DNA of 64,000 nt from Smithella sp. M82 (GTDB taxonomy: Bacteria; Desulfobacterota; Syntrophia; Syntrophales; Smithellaceae). The notes beneath the pieces were generated by a model that was not told where the DNA came from, did no database searches, and saw nothing but the letters and a program-made list of their open reading frames with translations. The stretch covers positions 4,939-68,938 of the forward strand of contig MAEO01000181.1 in assembly GCA_001683985.1 (NCBI GenBank), given 5' to 3'. This document shows positions 1 to 10,307 of the stretch, in pieces; positions within the stretch are counted from its first letter, which is position 1, and each line of letters opens with the position of its first letter. The translations under genes and the position numbers were made by a program.

Positions 1-4
1 CGAA

Positions 5-259
5 ATGCTGGAAACTTACGTCAAGCGTCTGGAAGGTCTTGAAAAGATCGCCAACTCATTCAATGGTGTTGATAAATGTTTTGCCATTCAGGCAGGTCGT
101 GAAATTCGTATTCTTGTGGAAAATGAAAAGATATCCGAAAATGATGCTACGATGCTGTGCAAGGATATAGTCAAGAAGATAGAAAGCGAGCTTACTTATC
201 CCGGACAGATAAAGGTCACCGTAATCAGAGAAACCCGCGTTTCCGATTTTGCGAAATAA
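5..259 (+). CDS. rny: Ribonuclease Y, C-terminal part (5' truncated by window edge)
   Basis: [10 protein letters not shown]...[20 protein letters not shown] is the conserved RNase Y C-terminus; followed by ymdB as usual. Confidence 0.93.
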   Translation: MLETYVKRLEGLEKIANSFNGVDKCFAIQAGREIRILVENEKISENDATMLCKDIVKKIESELTYPGQIKVTVIRETRVSDFAK

Positions 260-265
260 AACTAT

Positions 266-309
266 CCCCACGGCAATCTTGGTAAGTTCTTCCGGGATAA
301 GCCGTGGGG
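266..309. repeat. Inverted repeat CCCCACGGC-N26-GCCGTGGGG
   Basis: Perfect 9-bp stem just after the rny stop. Confidence 0.6.
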
Positions 310-416
310 CATTTTATTGTACATGCCCTTTAATTGATTCACATTACAAGCAACTGGACTTTAATCAGAAGAAAAGGTATAGATTCTTCGTGCAAAGTAC
401 AGAAGGAAAAACGTAA

Positions 417-1205
417 ATGAAAATATTTTTTATTGGCGATATAGTGGGCTCTCCCGGAAGAATGGCAGTGAGAGAACTTTTACCAGCCCTGATTTCCAGG
501 AAAAAAATTGACTTGGTTATTGCCAATTGTGAAAATGCCGCTGCCGGATTCGGCGTGACCCAAAAGGTCGTCGAAGAACTTTTTAAATGTAATATTGACG
601 CGCTTACTTCCGGCAATCATATCTGGAACAAGAAAGAAGTGCTGGATTTTATCGGGGACTTTGAAAGACTATTGCGACCGGCCAATTATCCGTCTGGTGC
701 TCCGGGTACAGGAACGGCTCTAATACCTCTTAAAACAGGGGAGTATGTGGGAATTCTTAATCTAGCCGGAAGGATTTTTATGAACCCCAGTGATTGTCCT
801 TTTGTAACAGCGAAGAATAAAGTCGCTGAGTTAAGGGAAAAAACAGAAATAATTGTTGTTGATATGCATGCGGAAGCGACTTCCGAAAAAAGAGCTTTGG
901 GCTGGTATCTCGATGGTGAAGTTTCTGCCGTTATCGGCACTCATACCCATGTGCAGACTGCCGATGAAGAAGTTCTTCCTCAAGGAACGGCATATATCAG
1001 CGATGCGGGTATGACCGGCCCTTTTGATTCCGTTATCGGAATTAATAAAGAAGCCATCATCGAAAGATTTTTAACGCAGATGCCTAATAAATTCGACGTG
1101 GCCAAAGACGATATCAGAATGCAAGGCGTAGTTGTGGATATAGATTCCATCAGCGGCAAAGCGGGTTCTATTGAAAGAATCAGTGTTAAATTAAAAAATT
1201 CATAA
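417..1205 (+). CDS. ymdB: YmdB-family metallophosphoesterase (TIGR00282-like)
   Basis: GDIVG, NCENAA, TSGNHIW, DMHAEATSEK, GTHTHV motifs; rny-adjacent. Confidence 0.92.
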   Translation: MKIFFIGDIVGSPGRMAVRELLPALISRKKIDLVIANCENAAAGFGVTQKVVEELFKCNIDALTSGNHIWNKKEVLDFIGDFERLLRPANYPSGAPGTGTALIPLKTGEYVGILNLAGRIFMNPSDCPFVTAKNKVAELREKTEIIVVDMHAEATSEKRALGWYLDGEVSAVIGTHTHVQTADEEVLPQGTAYISDAGMTGPFDSVIGINKEAIIERFLTQMPNKFDVAKDDIRMQGVVVDIDSISGKAGSIERISVKLKNS

Positions 1206-1218
1206 GAGGCAATGCCTG

Positions 1219-2505
1219 ATGAAGAGCGCTTATGATGTTTTAAAAGAAAGAGGTTTCATCGAACAGGTAACCGATGAAGCTTTAATCAAGAAACTTTTCG
1301 CCGAAGGACCTGTTACCTGCTATATCGGATTTGATCCTACGGCAACCAGTTTGCACATCGGCTCTCTTGTGCCGATTATGTCTTTGGTGCACATACAGAA
1401 AAGCGGAAACAAACCGATCGCGCTGGTCGGCGGCGGCACCGGTTTAATCGGTGATCCCAGCGGTAAAACGGAAATGCGTCAGGTTTTAACGCGTGAGCAG
1501 ATTGACTACAACGTAAAATGCCTGGGAAAACAACTTTCTCAATACATTGATTTCTCCGATGGTAAAGCCCTTCTGTTGAACAATGCCGACTGGCTGACAA
1601 AAATCAACTACATTGAATTTCTAAGAGACATCGGGCGGCATTTCAGCGTGAACAAAATGCTTGCAGCGGAAAGTTATAAAATAAGAATGGAAAAGGGACT
1701 GAATTTCATCGAATTCAATTACATGGTTCTTCAGGGTTACGATTTCCTCTATCTGTTTCAAAATCACGGTTGCGCTTTGCAAATGGGCGGCAACGACCAG
1801 TGGGGCAATATGCTGGCAGGCACGGAACTCATCCGCAAAATAGCTGCCAAAGACGCTCATGCCGTAACATTTCCGTTGATTACCACATCCCTTGGTCAAA
1901 AGATGGGAAAAACCGAAAAAGGAACAATCTGGCTGGACGGTACTTTGACCAGCCCGTACGAATATTATCAATACTGGGTTAACTGTGATGATGCCGATCT
2001 GGAAAGATTTTTAAAACTATTCACCTTGCTGCCGCTTGAAGAAATAAAAATTGTCAAAAAACTCTCTGATGCTCAACTCAATATGGCTAAGGCGGTGCTC
2101 GCGTTTGAAGCGACAAGAGTTACTCATGGAGCAAAAGCGGCTGAAGACGCGTGGCGTGCTTCGATGGAAGCGTTTCATTCACGCCCGGTTGATGCCGATA
2201 TGTTTCCCTCGAGTTCTATACCGCGTGAGGCCGCATCCACCGACACGTCGGCAATTCCGCGCCATAAGATATCCCGCAAAGATTTGGAAGCAGGCATACA
2301 GATTTGTGCTACCTGTGCCAAAGCCGGCTTGACCCAATCTATTTCTGAAACCAGACGTTTAATCGAACAGGGCGGAATCTACATCAATGACCGGCAGGTA
2401 AAATCTGTTGACGAAAAAATTACTGTTGCCGATTTTAAAGGTGGCAATGAATTACGCATGAGAAAAGGGAAGAAGAAGTATTTGATTATCGAAAAAGAAG
2501 ATTAG
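1219..2505 (+). CDS. tyrS: Tyrosyl-tRNA synthetase
   Basis: GFDPTATSLHIGS (HIGH), GGNDQWGN, KMGKT (KMSKS), C-terminal S4-like domain. Confidence 0.97.
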   Translation: MKSAYDVLKERGFIEQVTDEALIKKLFAEGPVTCYIGFDPTATSLHIGSLVPIMSLVHIQKSGNKPIALVGGGTGLIGDPSGKTEMRQVLTREQIDYNVKCLGKQLSQYIDFSDGKALLLNNADWLTKINYIEFLRDIGRHFSVNKMLAAESYKIRMEKGLNFIEFNYMVLQGYDFLYLFQNHGCALQMGGNDQWGNMLAGTELIRKIAAKDAHAVTFPLITTSLGQKMGKTEKGTIWLDGTLTSPYEYYQYWVNCDDADLERFLKLFTLLPLEEIKIVKKLSDAQLNMAKAVLAFEATRVTHGAKAAEDAWRASMEAFHSRPVDADMFPSSSIPREAASTDTSAIPRHKISRKDLEAGIQICATCAKAGLTQSISETRRLIEQGGIYINDRQVKSVDEKITVADFKGGNELRMRKGKKKYLIIEKED

Positions 2506-2564
2506 CAAAGGCTGTGGAAATATCCTGAAGGGTACGTAGGGATATTTTTCAAGTTCTTATTAAA

Positions 2565-2616
2565 TGTCGTTGCCCGGCCAGCGAACCGGCGAATGCCGGT
2601 TGACCGGGCAATCCAG
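2565..2616. repeat. TGTC-tagged REP-like palindrome (left flank of GIY-YIG gene)
   Basis: TGTCGTTGCCCGG...CCGGGCAATCCAG with inner CCGGCGAATGCCGG hairpin. Confidence 0.8.
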
Positions 2617-2621
2617 AACTT

Positions 2622-2918
2622 ATGACTAATACTAAAACATATTATGTTTATATACTGGCAAGTAAACGAAATGGCGCCTTATACATCGGTGTGACAAATG
2701 ATTTAGAAAGACGACTTTACGAACATAAAAACAATCTTATCGACGGTTTTACTAAAAGATACAGAGTCCATCATCTTGTCTATTATGAATCTGTAAATGA
2801 TGTTAATGCGGCTTTGAAAAGAGAGAAACAGTTGAAGAGGTGGTCTGGAAAATGGAAGATGGAGCTTATAGAAAAAGTAAACCCTGAGTGGCGAGATCTT
2901 ACAGAGGAGTTATTTTAA
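2622..2918 (+). CDS. Small stand-alone GIY-YIG nuclease
   Basis: YYVYILAS...LYIGVTNDLERR..EH..., A..REKQLKRW, NPEWRDL. Confidence 0.92.
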   Translation: MTNTKTYYVYILASKRNGALYIGVTNDLERRLYEHKNNLIDGFTKRYRVHHLVYYESVNDVNAALKREKQLKRWSGKWKMELIEKVNPEWRDLTEELF

Positions 2919-2924
2919 ATATAA

Positions 2925-2955
2925 CTGGATTGCCCAATCAAGTTGGGCAATGACA
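2925..2955. repeat. TGTC-tagged REP-like palindrome, inverted (right flank of GIY-YIG gene)
   Basis: CTGGATTGCCCAA-TCAAG-TTGGGCAATGACA; reverse complement matches the 2565 copy at both ends. Confidence 0.8.
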
Positions 2956-2988
2956 ACGTCTCTATCATTTCTTAAGAACGTAATTAAA

Positions 2989-5079
2989 ATGCAAAATAAA
3001 ATTGAAAAAAGAAAGAAGTCATTCCATTTTAGACGTTCTAACGCCCAAAGAAGATCAAAATCAAAACGGAAAGAATCTTATCCCAGGCCGGAAATTGCTT
3101 CGTCGCTTAAAAGTGTTCTGGCTCAAATAGGCAAGCCGCATTCCGCGCCATTTGTTCCAGATGAGTTTCAAATCAAGGCGCTGGAAGCAATCAAAAAGAC
3201 AGATTGTCTGGTGATCGCACCGACAGGTTCCGGTAAAACTTGGATTGCGCGGGAAGCTATTTTATCCGTGATGGAACAGGGTGGGCGAGCCTGGTACGCC
3301 TCTCCGCTGAAAGCGCTTTCCAATTCCAAGTGGGTTGAATTCGGTCTGCATTTCGACCCGGAAAATGTCGGCATTATTACCGGCGATACCAAGGAAAATA
3401 CCGAAGCGCCGATTATCGTAGGTACTACGGAAATACTGCGCAATCAACTCTACGATGCCATGCATAGCGGAGAAGATTTGAAATTTGATCTGGTGGTTCT
3501 TGATGAGGCGCATTTCCTGGGTGATGCCGATCGCGGCGTTGTCTGGGAGGAAATAATGATTTACCTTCCGGCGCGGATTAATCTGCTGCTTTTATCGGCG
3601 ACAATCGGCAACGGCGAAGAAATCGCCCGGTGGCTGGAAACAATCCGTAAAAAAAAATGCGCAGTGATCAGGGAAGAAAAACGCCCAGTGCCGCTCTATC
3701 CTCTTTTTCTTCATCCTTCAGGATGTTTGCATCCTTTTTTGGAAGGTAAGAAAGTATCACCTCCTGTTGCCGATTTTATAAGAAGAACTAATAAAAAAAA
3801 ATTGCGCAGCGGAAAAATGCCGGATTACATCGGGATTATAAAAATTCTGGGAAAGTTCAATCTTCTGCCGGCAATATTTTTTTTAAAATCACGGGCGGAA
3901 TGTGATGCGGCTCTGAACGCACGCGGAACACTGATCACTCTGCAAAACTCTACAGAATTTGATGATTCACTTTACGAACTTTTGGATCGGTTTCCTTCAC
4001 TGAATAACCACAGACAATTAAAAACTCTGCGCACATGGGGTATGGCATCACATCACGGCGGTCAGTTGCCCGCTTGGAAGATGCTGGTGGAGGAAATGAT
4101 GAATCGTGGGCATCTGCGAGTGATATTTGCCACATCCACCATTGCCGCGGGGGTAAATTTTCCGGCCAGAACCATTGTGCTGTTCAATTCCGATTTATTC
4201 AACGGCAATGATTTTAATCCGCTTACGGCTACTGAGTTTCGTCAGATGACGGGACGTGCCGGTCGTCGGGGAACAGACAATATCGGGTTCATGTTGACAA
4301 TCGCGGGGAAATTTATGGATTTGAATCACATCCGGTATCTCATGTTTCAAAATCCGGAAGATATTTTCAGCCGGCTAAAAAATGATTTTGCCATGGTTCT
4401 GAATCTGCTTCTGTCGCAGACTCCGGAAGACATCCACCAGATATTCGAAAAGTCGTTTGCGGCTTACCAGCAAAATATGCGCCATAGCGGCACGGGTTTC
4501 TCCGCTGCAAAATCACTTTGGAGAGACTTTTCGCGTCACTTGAAATTTTTACAGAAAGAAGGATTCGTGGATGAAACCGGAGTGCTCACCGATGACGGAC
4601 GCTGGGCTTCGAAATTGCGTCTGGACTATCCGTTACTTGTAGCTCAATGTCTGCGCAACAAAGCTTTTCCTGAAGAAAATGAAAAAATGCTGGCGGCAGT
4701 TGTCGCGTTTTTCGCTTATGATCGTGAAGATGATTTAAAGTCAAACATAAAAGATTTGCCGCCAAGGCTGCTTGCTTCTTTTAAAAAGGTGGTGCTGGCC
4801 GTGCGGCCTTTGATTCATCGTCTGGAAGCGGCTGGATTTCCAAGTGTAAAACTTCATACTTCTGTGGGAGTGGCCATGTATTACTGGGCGCAGGGACATA
4901 GTTGGGATTCTGTCATCAAGGCTGCTGGAATTGCAGAAGGGGATATGGCAACGCTTGTTTTACGCACAGCAGACAATCTGCGCCAGATCGTGTCACTTAA
5001 AGATACGTATCCGGAAATTGCCGCCTGCGCGCAGAGGGCGAGGGAGGCGATATTAAGGGAACCGGTTTTGTTTTTATAA
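2989..5079 (+). CDS. Ski2/HelY-like DEAH-box SF2 helicase
   Basis: APTGSGKT, SPLKALSN, TTEILRN, DEAH, LSAT, HHGG, QMTGRAGRRG; the ORF-track start at 2950 lies inside a REP, so ATG 2989 is preferred. Confidence 0.88.
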   Translation: MQNKIEKRKKSFHFRRSNAQRRSKSKRKESYPRPEIASSLKSVLAQIGKPHSAPFVPDEFQIKALEAIKKTDCLVIAPTGSGKTWIAREAILSVMEQGGRAWYASPLKALSNSKWVEFGLHFDPENVGIITGDTKENTEAPIIVGTTEILRNQLYDAMHSGEDLKFDLVVLDEAHFLGDADRGVVWEEIMIYLPARINLLLLSATIGNGEEIARWLETIRKKKCAVIREEKRPVPLYPLFLHPSGCLHPFLEGKKVSPPVADFIRRTNKKKLRSGKMPDYIGIIKILGKFNLLPAIFFLKSRAECDAALNARGTLITLQNSTEFDDSLYELLDRFPSLNNHRQLKTLRTWGMASHHGGQLPAWKMLVEEMMNRGHLRVIFATSTIAAGVNFPARTIVLFNSDLFNGNDFNPLTATEFRQMTGRAGRRGTDNIGFMLTIAGKFMDLNHIRYLMFQNPEDIFSRLKNDFAMVLNLLLSQTPEDIHQIFEKSFAAYQQNMRHSGTGFSAAKSLWRDFSRHLKFLQKEGFVDETGVLTDDGRWASKLRLDYPLLVAQCLRNKAFPEENEKMLAAVVAFFAYDREDDLKSNIKDLPPRLLASFKKVVLAVRPLIHRLEAAGFPSVKLHTSVGVAMYYWAQGHSWDSVIKAAGIAEGDMATLVLRTADNLRQIVSLKDTYPEIAACAQRAREAILREPVLFL

Positions 5080-5099
5080 ATGTGTGAAACGTGAAAAGT

Positions 5100-5158
5100 T
5101 GTCATTGCTCGGCTAGCGAACCGGCGAATGCCGGCGAATGCCGGTTGACTGGGCAATC
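5100..5158. repeat. TGTC-tagged REP-like palindrome with 10-bp internal tandem duplication
   Basis: Near copy of 2565-2616 with CCGGCGAATG duplicated (5121-5140). Confidence 0.8.
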
Positions 5159-5318
5159 AAGAATTTGTACTATTATTAAAACACATTATCTTTTATTCTT
5201 AATTAAGATGACCTGTTTCTGTTTTTAACTTTTTATTTCTTTGGAATTGATATAGGATTGCGCAAAATTTCAAGGGAAACCTATTAAATATATTAATTTC
5301 TAACCCAGAAGGGAACTT

Positions 5319-5606
5319 ATGGAAGTAAAAGTTTTTGAAACAATTATGTTATTTTGTTTCGGCTTTGCCTGGCCGTTTTCCATATACAAAACATGGAAAA
5401 CAAAGACATCGGCAGGTAAAAGCATGTTTTTCCTCTGCATTATTTTATTGGGCTATATCTCCGGGATTTTTTTCAAAATATACGGCGCTCTGGATGAAGT
5501 CATCTTGCTATATATTTTAAACGCGACACTTGTTACTGTAGATATTGTGCTGACTTTAAAATATCGCAAAAGTAATGATGTTGACAAATCCTTTCAGCAA
5601 GCTTAA
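5319..5606 (+). CDS. Small PQ-loop/SemiSWEET-like membrane protein
   Basis: CFGFAWPFSIYKTWKTK..GKS..FL pattern, three hydrophobic segments. Confidence 0.65.
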   Translation: MEVKVFETIMLFCFGFAWPFSIYKTWKTKTSAGKSMFFLCIILLGYISGIFFKIYGALDEVILLYILNATLVTVDIVLTLKYRKSNDVDKSFQQA

Positions 5607-5686
5607 CAGCAAAGTGATAGGGCTACGTTTTGAACGTCGTATTTTTCCATCTGTGATTTTCGCAAACATTTTTTGTTCATGGTGTT

Positions 5687-7681
5687 ATGGAAAAACTTTC
5701 GATGATAACGGATTTTGTTCCGGCGGGAGACCAGCCGCAGGCTGTTGATAATTTGGTTAAAGGTCTGGAAAATGGCAAGGAGCATCAGGTGCTTCTGGGT
5801 GTAACCGGTTCCGGTAAGACTTTTACTATTGCCAATGTGATTGAACGTGTTCAGCGTCCTGCTCTCATTATCGCTCACAATAAAACTTTGGCAGCGCAAT
5901 TATATGAAGAATTCAAAGGACTTTTTCCTGAAAATGCTGTGGAATATTTCGTCAGCTATTACGATTATTACCAACCGGAAGCATATTTGCCGGTTACCGA
6001 TACCTACATTGAAAAAGATTCAGCCATTAATGAAGAGATTGATAAATTGCGTCACTCGGCAACTCATTCTCTTTTGACAAGACGCGACGCAATCATTATT
6101 GCCAGTGTTTCCTGCATTTACGGTTTGGGTTCGCCGGATGCTTATCTGGGAATGATTGTTCAACTGGAAGCAGGTAAGGAATTTGCCCGGGACGAACTTT
6201 TAAGAAGACTGGTGGAAATTCAGTATGAAAGAAACGATATAGACTTTCATCGCGGCACATTTCGTGTGCGCGGCGACATAGTGGAAATTTTTCCACCTTA
6301 TGAAGATGAGCAAGCCCTGCGGGTGGAATTTTTCGGTGATACAATAGAATCCATGTCGCTGATTGATCCGTTGCGGGGGAAAAAAATAAGCGCAGTCACC
6401 AGGACAGCCGTTTATCCCGGCAGTCACTATGTTTCTTCACGCGAGAATCTTCAGAGGGCGGTTGCTGATATTCGCGAGGAACTTGCGGAAACACTCGCCG
6501 AACTTAACAAACAGAACAAGCTTGTCGAGGCGCAAAGACTGGAACAACGCACCAACTTTGATTTAGAGATGATAGAGGAAATGGGCTATTGCCAGGGAAT
6601 AGAAAATTATTCCCGTCATCTTACCGGACGAAAATCCGGTCAGCCGCCGCCTACGCTTATGGAATATCTGCCGCAGGACGCTCTGATAATTATTGATGAG
6701 AGCCACGCGACGCTCCCTCAGTTAGCCGGCATGTATCGGGGCGACAGGTCGCGCAAAGAAACTCTGGTTAAATACGGATTCCGCCTGCCTTCCGCGCTGG
6801 ATAACCGGCCGCTGCGATTTGATGAATATGAAGCCCTGCCCAACCAGAGAATATATGTCTCCGCGACCCCGGCGCTGTATGAGATGCAGAAAGCTCAAGG
6901 GATTCGTGTGGAACAAATTATTCGTCCTACCGGATTAATGGACCCGGAGATTGAAGTCAAACCGGCCAAACATCAGGTTGATGATTTGCTCGCTGAAATC
7001 AGAGAGAGAATTGAGAAAAACGAACGGGTACTCGTGACAACATTAACCAAGCGAATGGCGGAAAATCTGACTGATTATTACGCAGGTCTGGATATCAAGG
7101 TGCGTTATCTTCATTCGGACATACATACGCTGGAGCGTGTGGAAATTATCCGTGACCTTCGTCTGGGAAAATTTGACGTTCTTATCGGAGTAAATCTTCT
7201 GCGGGAAGGACTGGATATTCCAGAAGTATCACTGGTGGCAATTCTCGATGCGGACAAGGAAGGATTTCTGCGTTCGGAACGTTCGTTGATTCAAACAAGC
7301 GGTCGTGCCGCGCGCAATGTTGCCGGAAAAGTTATCATGTACGCCGATAAAATCACCGGATCGATTCAGGCCTGCCTTGATGAAACCAAACGCCGGCGAC
7401 TCATTCAGCAAAAGTATAATGAAGAAAATAATATTACGCCGGAATCAATTAAAAAATCTATCAGTAATGTTTTAGGTTCTATCTGTGAAGCGGATTACGT
7501 GACAGCGCCTACCGGAGTTAAAGATAAAATTGCTCCATTAAAAGAGGAAGATTTGACGGCTTTGATTGCTAAACTTACGAAGGAAATGAAACAGGCGGCA
7601 AAAAATATGGAATTCGAGCATGCCGCCGAATTGCGCGACGAATTGAAAGAACTGAATAAAATTATATTGGAAATGGGTTAA
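5687..7681 (+). CDS. uvrB: Excinuclease ABC subunit B
   Basis: [40 protein letters not shown]. Confidence 0.98.
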   Translation: MEKLSMITDFVPAGDQPQAVDNLVKGLENGKEHQVLLGVTGSGKTFTIANVIERVQRPALIIAHNKTLAAQLYEEFKGLFPENAVEYFVSYYDYYQPEAYLPVTDTYIEKDSAINEEIDKLRHSATHSLLTRRDAIIIASVSCIYGLGSPDAYLGMIVQLEAGKEFARDELLRRLVEIQYERNDIDFHRGTFRVRGDIVEIFPPYEDEQALRVEFFGDTIESMSLIDPLRGKKISAVTRTAVYPGSHYVSSRENLQRAVADIREELAETLAELNKQNKLVEAQRLEQRTNFDLEMIEEMGYCQGIENYSRHLTGRKSGQPPPTLMEYLPQDALIIIDESHATLPQLAGMYRGDRSRKETLVKYGFRLPSALDNRPLRFDEYEALPNQRIYVSATPALYEMQKAQGIRVEQIIRPTGLMDPEIEVKPAKHQVDDLLAEIRERIEKNERVLVTTLTKRMAENLTDYYAGLDIKVRYLHSDIHTLERVEIIRDLRLGKFDVLIGVNLLREGLDIPEVSLVAILDADKEGFLRSERSLIQTSGRAARNVAGKVIMYADKITGSIQACLDETKRRRLIQQKYNEENNITPESIKKSISNVLGSICEADYVTAPTGVKDKIAPLKEEDLTALIAKLTKEMKQAAKNMEFEHAAELRDELKELNKIILEMG

Positions 7682-7750
7682 GATTTCTTCAGGTATCTAT
7701 TTATTAATAGCTGAGTATTTTAATAAAGAAAAGATATTTTTAGCTGGTCT

Positions 7751-9625
7751 ATGTCAGAGAACGTAATATTAAAAGAAAAAATGGATTCTGCTCCGCGTAG
7801 TTCCGGTGTTTACTTGATGAAAGATGTACAGGGTAAAATTATCTACGTCGGTAAGGCCAATAATTTAAAAAGCAGGATCGGCTCTTATTTTACCGGTAAA
7901 GACACAAGACCGATGGTGCCGTTTCTGATGGCGCGTGTTTATGACATTGATTTCATCACAACTGCCACTGAGAAGGAAGCGTTGATTCTGGAAAACAATT
8001 TAATCAAAAGACATCGTCCGCGCTACAACGTGACTCTGCGGGACGATAAAACCTATTATCATTTGTCTTTGGATCCGAAAGAGAAATTTCCGCGCCTGCA
8101 ACTGGTGCGAAAAAGATTAAACAGCGCTGTGCTTTATTTCGGTCCTTATCCTTCGGGACTGGCGGCAAAAGAAACTCTGCGCTTCGTTCAGCAGGTGTTC
8201 CCGCTGCGTTCCTGCCGTAACCGCGATTTTAAATTGCGACCGCGGCCTTGTCTGGAATATCAGATTGGCAGATGTCTTGCGCCGTGCAAGGGATTGATAG
8301 ATGAAGAATCATACCGAAAACTTGTTGAAAGTACCGTATCGTTTTTAAAGGGTAGGCGGCGGGAGTTGATTTCCGACCTGAAAAAACAAATGGATGACGC
8401 ATCGGAAGAACTTAATTATGAGGAAGCAGCGTGCCTGCGCGATCGCATTGCGGCGCTGGAGCACGCGCTCGAAAAACAGAATGTGGACTGGAGCGGAGAA
8501 AAGGAGGACATTCGCCCCCCCCAGGATCAGGATGTTGTTGGCATACACTCTCAGGAAGATAATTATCAGATTTGTATTTTATTCGTGCGCGGCGGGAAAC
8601 TTCTAGGCAGTAAATCATTCGCGCCGATTAAAGTAAAAACGGATACAACTGAAGTTGTTTCATCCTGCCTGACTCAGTATTACGACGGTGAAACTATAAT
8701 TCCGGATGAAATTATTATCCCATACCATCTGCCGGATGAAGAAGTAATAATCGAGTGGCTGACGGAGAAAAAAGATAGAAAAGTCGTATTGACAGTGCCT
8801 GCTATCGGAACAAAAAACGCGTTGCTGGATATGGCCAATGAAAATGCGCGCAATATCTGGGAGGCGGCGCATAAAAGTCATCAACAAAAAGATGCTGCTT
8901 TGCAGATTCTTCAGGAAAAATTATCACTGACCAAATTGCCGCGGCGTATTGAATGTTACGATATTTCCAATATCGGCGGAAAACATGCCACGGGATCGAT
9001 GGTTGTTTTTCAGGATGGAGAACCGGATAAGAACAGCTATCGGCGATACAAGATAAAGGCTCTCTCCGAGCCGGACGATTACGCGATGATGTATGAAGTT
9101 CTTTCCCGCCGGTTTGCCAGGGGAGAAAATCTGCCGGATTTGGTTGTAGTTGACGGCGGCAGGGGACAGCTTAACGTTGCTCTTCTGGTGTTGAAGGATT
9201 TGAAAATGAAAATAGAGGCTATCGGTCTGGCTAAAGAGGAACGAGCTATCTTTCCCGGGAAAAGTGGGGGTAAAAAGAAAGCGGGAAAATCAGAAGATCG
9301 CGTTTATCTGCCGGGACGTAAGGACGCCGTTTATCTGACCAACTGGCCGCAGGCGCTGCATATTCTTCAGCAGGTACGCGATGAAGCGCATCGTTTCGCT
9401 TTGAGTTATCATCATCAGATAAAACAAAAAGACGATCTGCTTTCCATACTTGACGATATTCCTGATGTCGGCGAAGCGCGCAAGAAAATATTGTTGAAAC
9501 ATTTCGGTTCAAGTAAAAAAGTCAAAGAAGCATCCCTCGAGGAATTGCAGAGGGTTCCGGGGATTGGTAAGGAATTAGCGAAAAAAATTTATGACGTTTC
9601 GAAAAATGAAGAGGAAAATAAATAG
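7751..9625 (+). CDS. uvrC: Excinuclease ABC subunit C
   Basis: GVY..IYVGKA GIY-YIG, RIECYDISN, VDGGRGQL, RDEAHRFA, HhH. Confidence 0.97.
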   Translation: MSENVILKEKMDSAPRSSGVYLMKDVQGKIIYVGKANNLKSRIGSYFTGKDTRPMVPFLMARVYDIDFITTATEKEALILENNLIKRHRPRYNVTLRDDKTYYHLSLDPKEKFPRLQLVRKRLNSAVLYFGPYPSGLAAKETLRFVQQVFPLRSCRNRDFKLRPRPCLEYQIGRCLAPCKGLIDEESYRKLVESTVSFLKGRRRELISDLKKQMDDASEELNYEEAACLRDRIAALEHALEKQNVDWSGEKEDIRPPQDQDVVGIHSQEDNYQICILFVRGGKLLGSKSFAPIKVKTDTTEVVSSCLTQYYDGETIIPDEIIIPYHLPDEEVIIEWLTEKKDRKVVLTVPAIGTKNALLDMANENARNIWEAAHKSHQQKDAALQILQEKLSLTKLPRRIECYDISNIGGKHATGSMVVFQDGEPDKNSYRRYKIKALSEPDDYAMMYEVLSRRFARGENLPDLVVVDGGRGQLNVALLVLKDLKMKIEAIGLAKEERAIFPGKSGGKKKAGKSEDRVYLPGRKDAVYLTNWPQALHILQQVRDEAHRFALSYHHQIKQKDDLLSILDDIPDVGEARKKILLKHFGSSKKVKEASLEELQRVPGIGKELAKKIYDVSKNEEENK

Positions 9626-9634
9626 CAAGGAAAT

Positions 9635-9736
9635 TGTCATTTCGAGGATCGGGGGAAACGAGAAATCTTTCTTGATTATTGTTTTATAAGATTTCTTTCG
9701 GAGTTTACCCGGCGAATGCCGTGGTTCGACATGACA
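9635..9736. repeat. TGTC-tagged REP doublet (inverted pair)
   Basis: TGTCATTTCGAGG...CGAGAAATCT paired with AGATTTCT...CGACATGACA; contains CCGGCGAATGCCG. Confidence 0.7.
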
Positions 9737-9749
9737 AAAATTACAATAT

Positions 9750-10307
9750 ATGAACCTGATAACGATTATTCTTCTGGCTGTCGGGTTGGGTGTCGATGCG
9801 TTTTCCGTGGCGATAGGAATAGGTTCCGCAAACGATAGAAAATCATGGGCTCCGGTATTGAGACTGGCGGCAGCCTTCGGATTATTTCAGTTCATGATGC
9901 CCGTTATCGGTTGGCTGGCCGGTAAGACCGTCGTGGATATGATTGCCGGTTATGATCATTGGGTGGCTTTCTCTCTGCTGGCGTTGGTTGGTGGAAAAAT
10001 GATTTGGGAAGGATTTGAAAAAGAGCGTAGTGAAGAAAAGGCCGATCAAACGCGTGGCTGGCCGCTGCTGATGCTTTCCGTTGCTACCAGTATAGATGCG
10101 CTTGCTGTCGGATTCGGCTTTTCCGTCCTGAAAACTACGATTTTATTTCCGGCAGCAATTATCGGCATTGTGTGTTTTATGATGACAGTTACAGGTATGA
10201 TCTTTGGTAATATATTGGCAAAGATCTTTGGTAAAAAAGTGGAAATATTCGGTGGCTTGGTTTTGATCGCAATAGGTATAAAAATTTTAATGGATCATGG
10301 AGTATAA
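9750..10307 (+). CDS. mntP: Manganese efflux pump MntP
   Basis: LGVDAFSVA, FGLFQ..MP, ATSIDALAVG repeats. Confidence 0.92.
   Translation: MNLITIILLAVGLGVDAFSVAIGIGSANDRKSWAPVLRLAAAFGLFQFMMPVIGWLAGKTVVDMIAGYDHWVAFSLLALVGGKMIWEGFEKERSEEKADQTRGWPLLMLSVATSIDALAVGFGFSVLKTTILFPAAIIGIVCFMMTVTGMIFGNILAKIFGKKVEIFGGLVLIAIGIKILMDHGV

Noticed and set aside
1206-1218. T-box leader for tyrS
   Set aside because: Only 13 nt separate ymdB and tyrS
5581-5686. LexA/SOS box upstream of uvrB
   Set aside because: No match to LexA motifs I can recognise
9626-9749. yybP-ykoY Mn riboswitch upstream of mntP
   Set aside because: The region is occupied by a REP doublet and I see no riboswitch consensus
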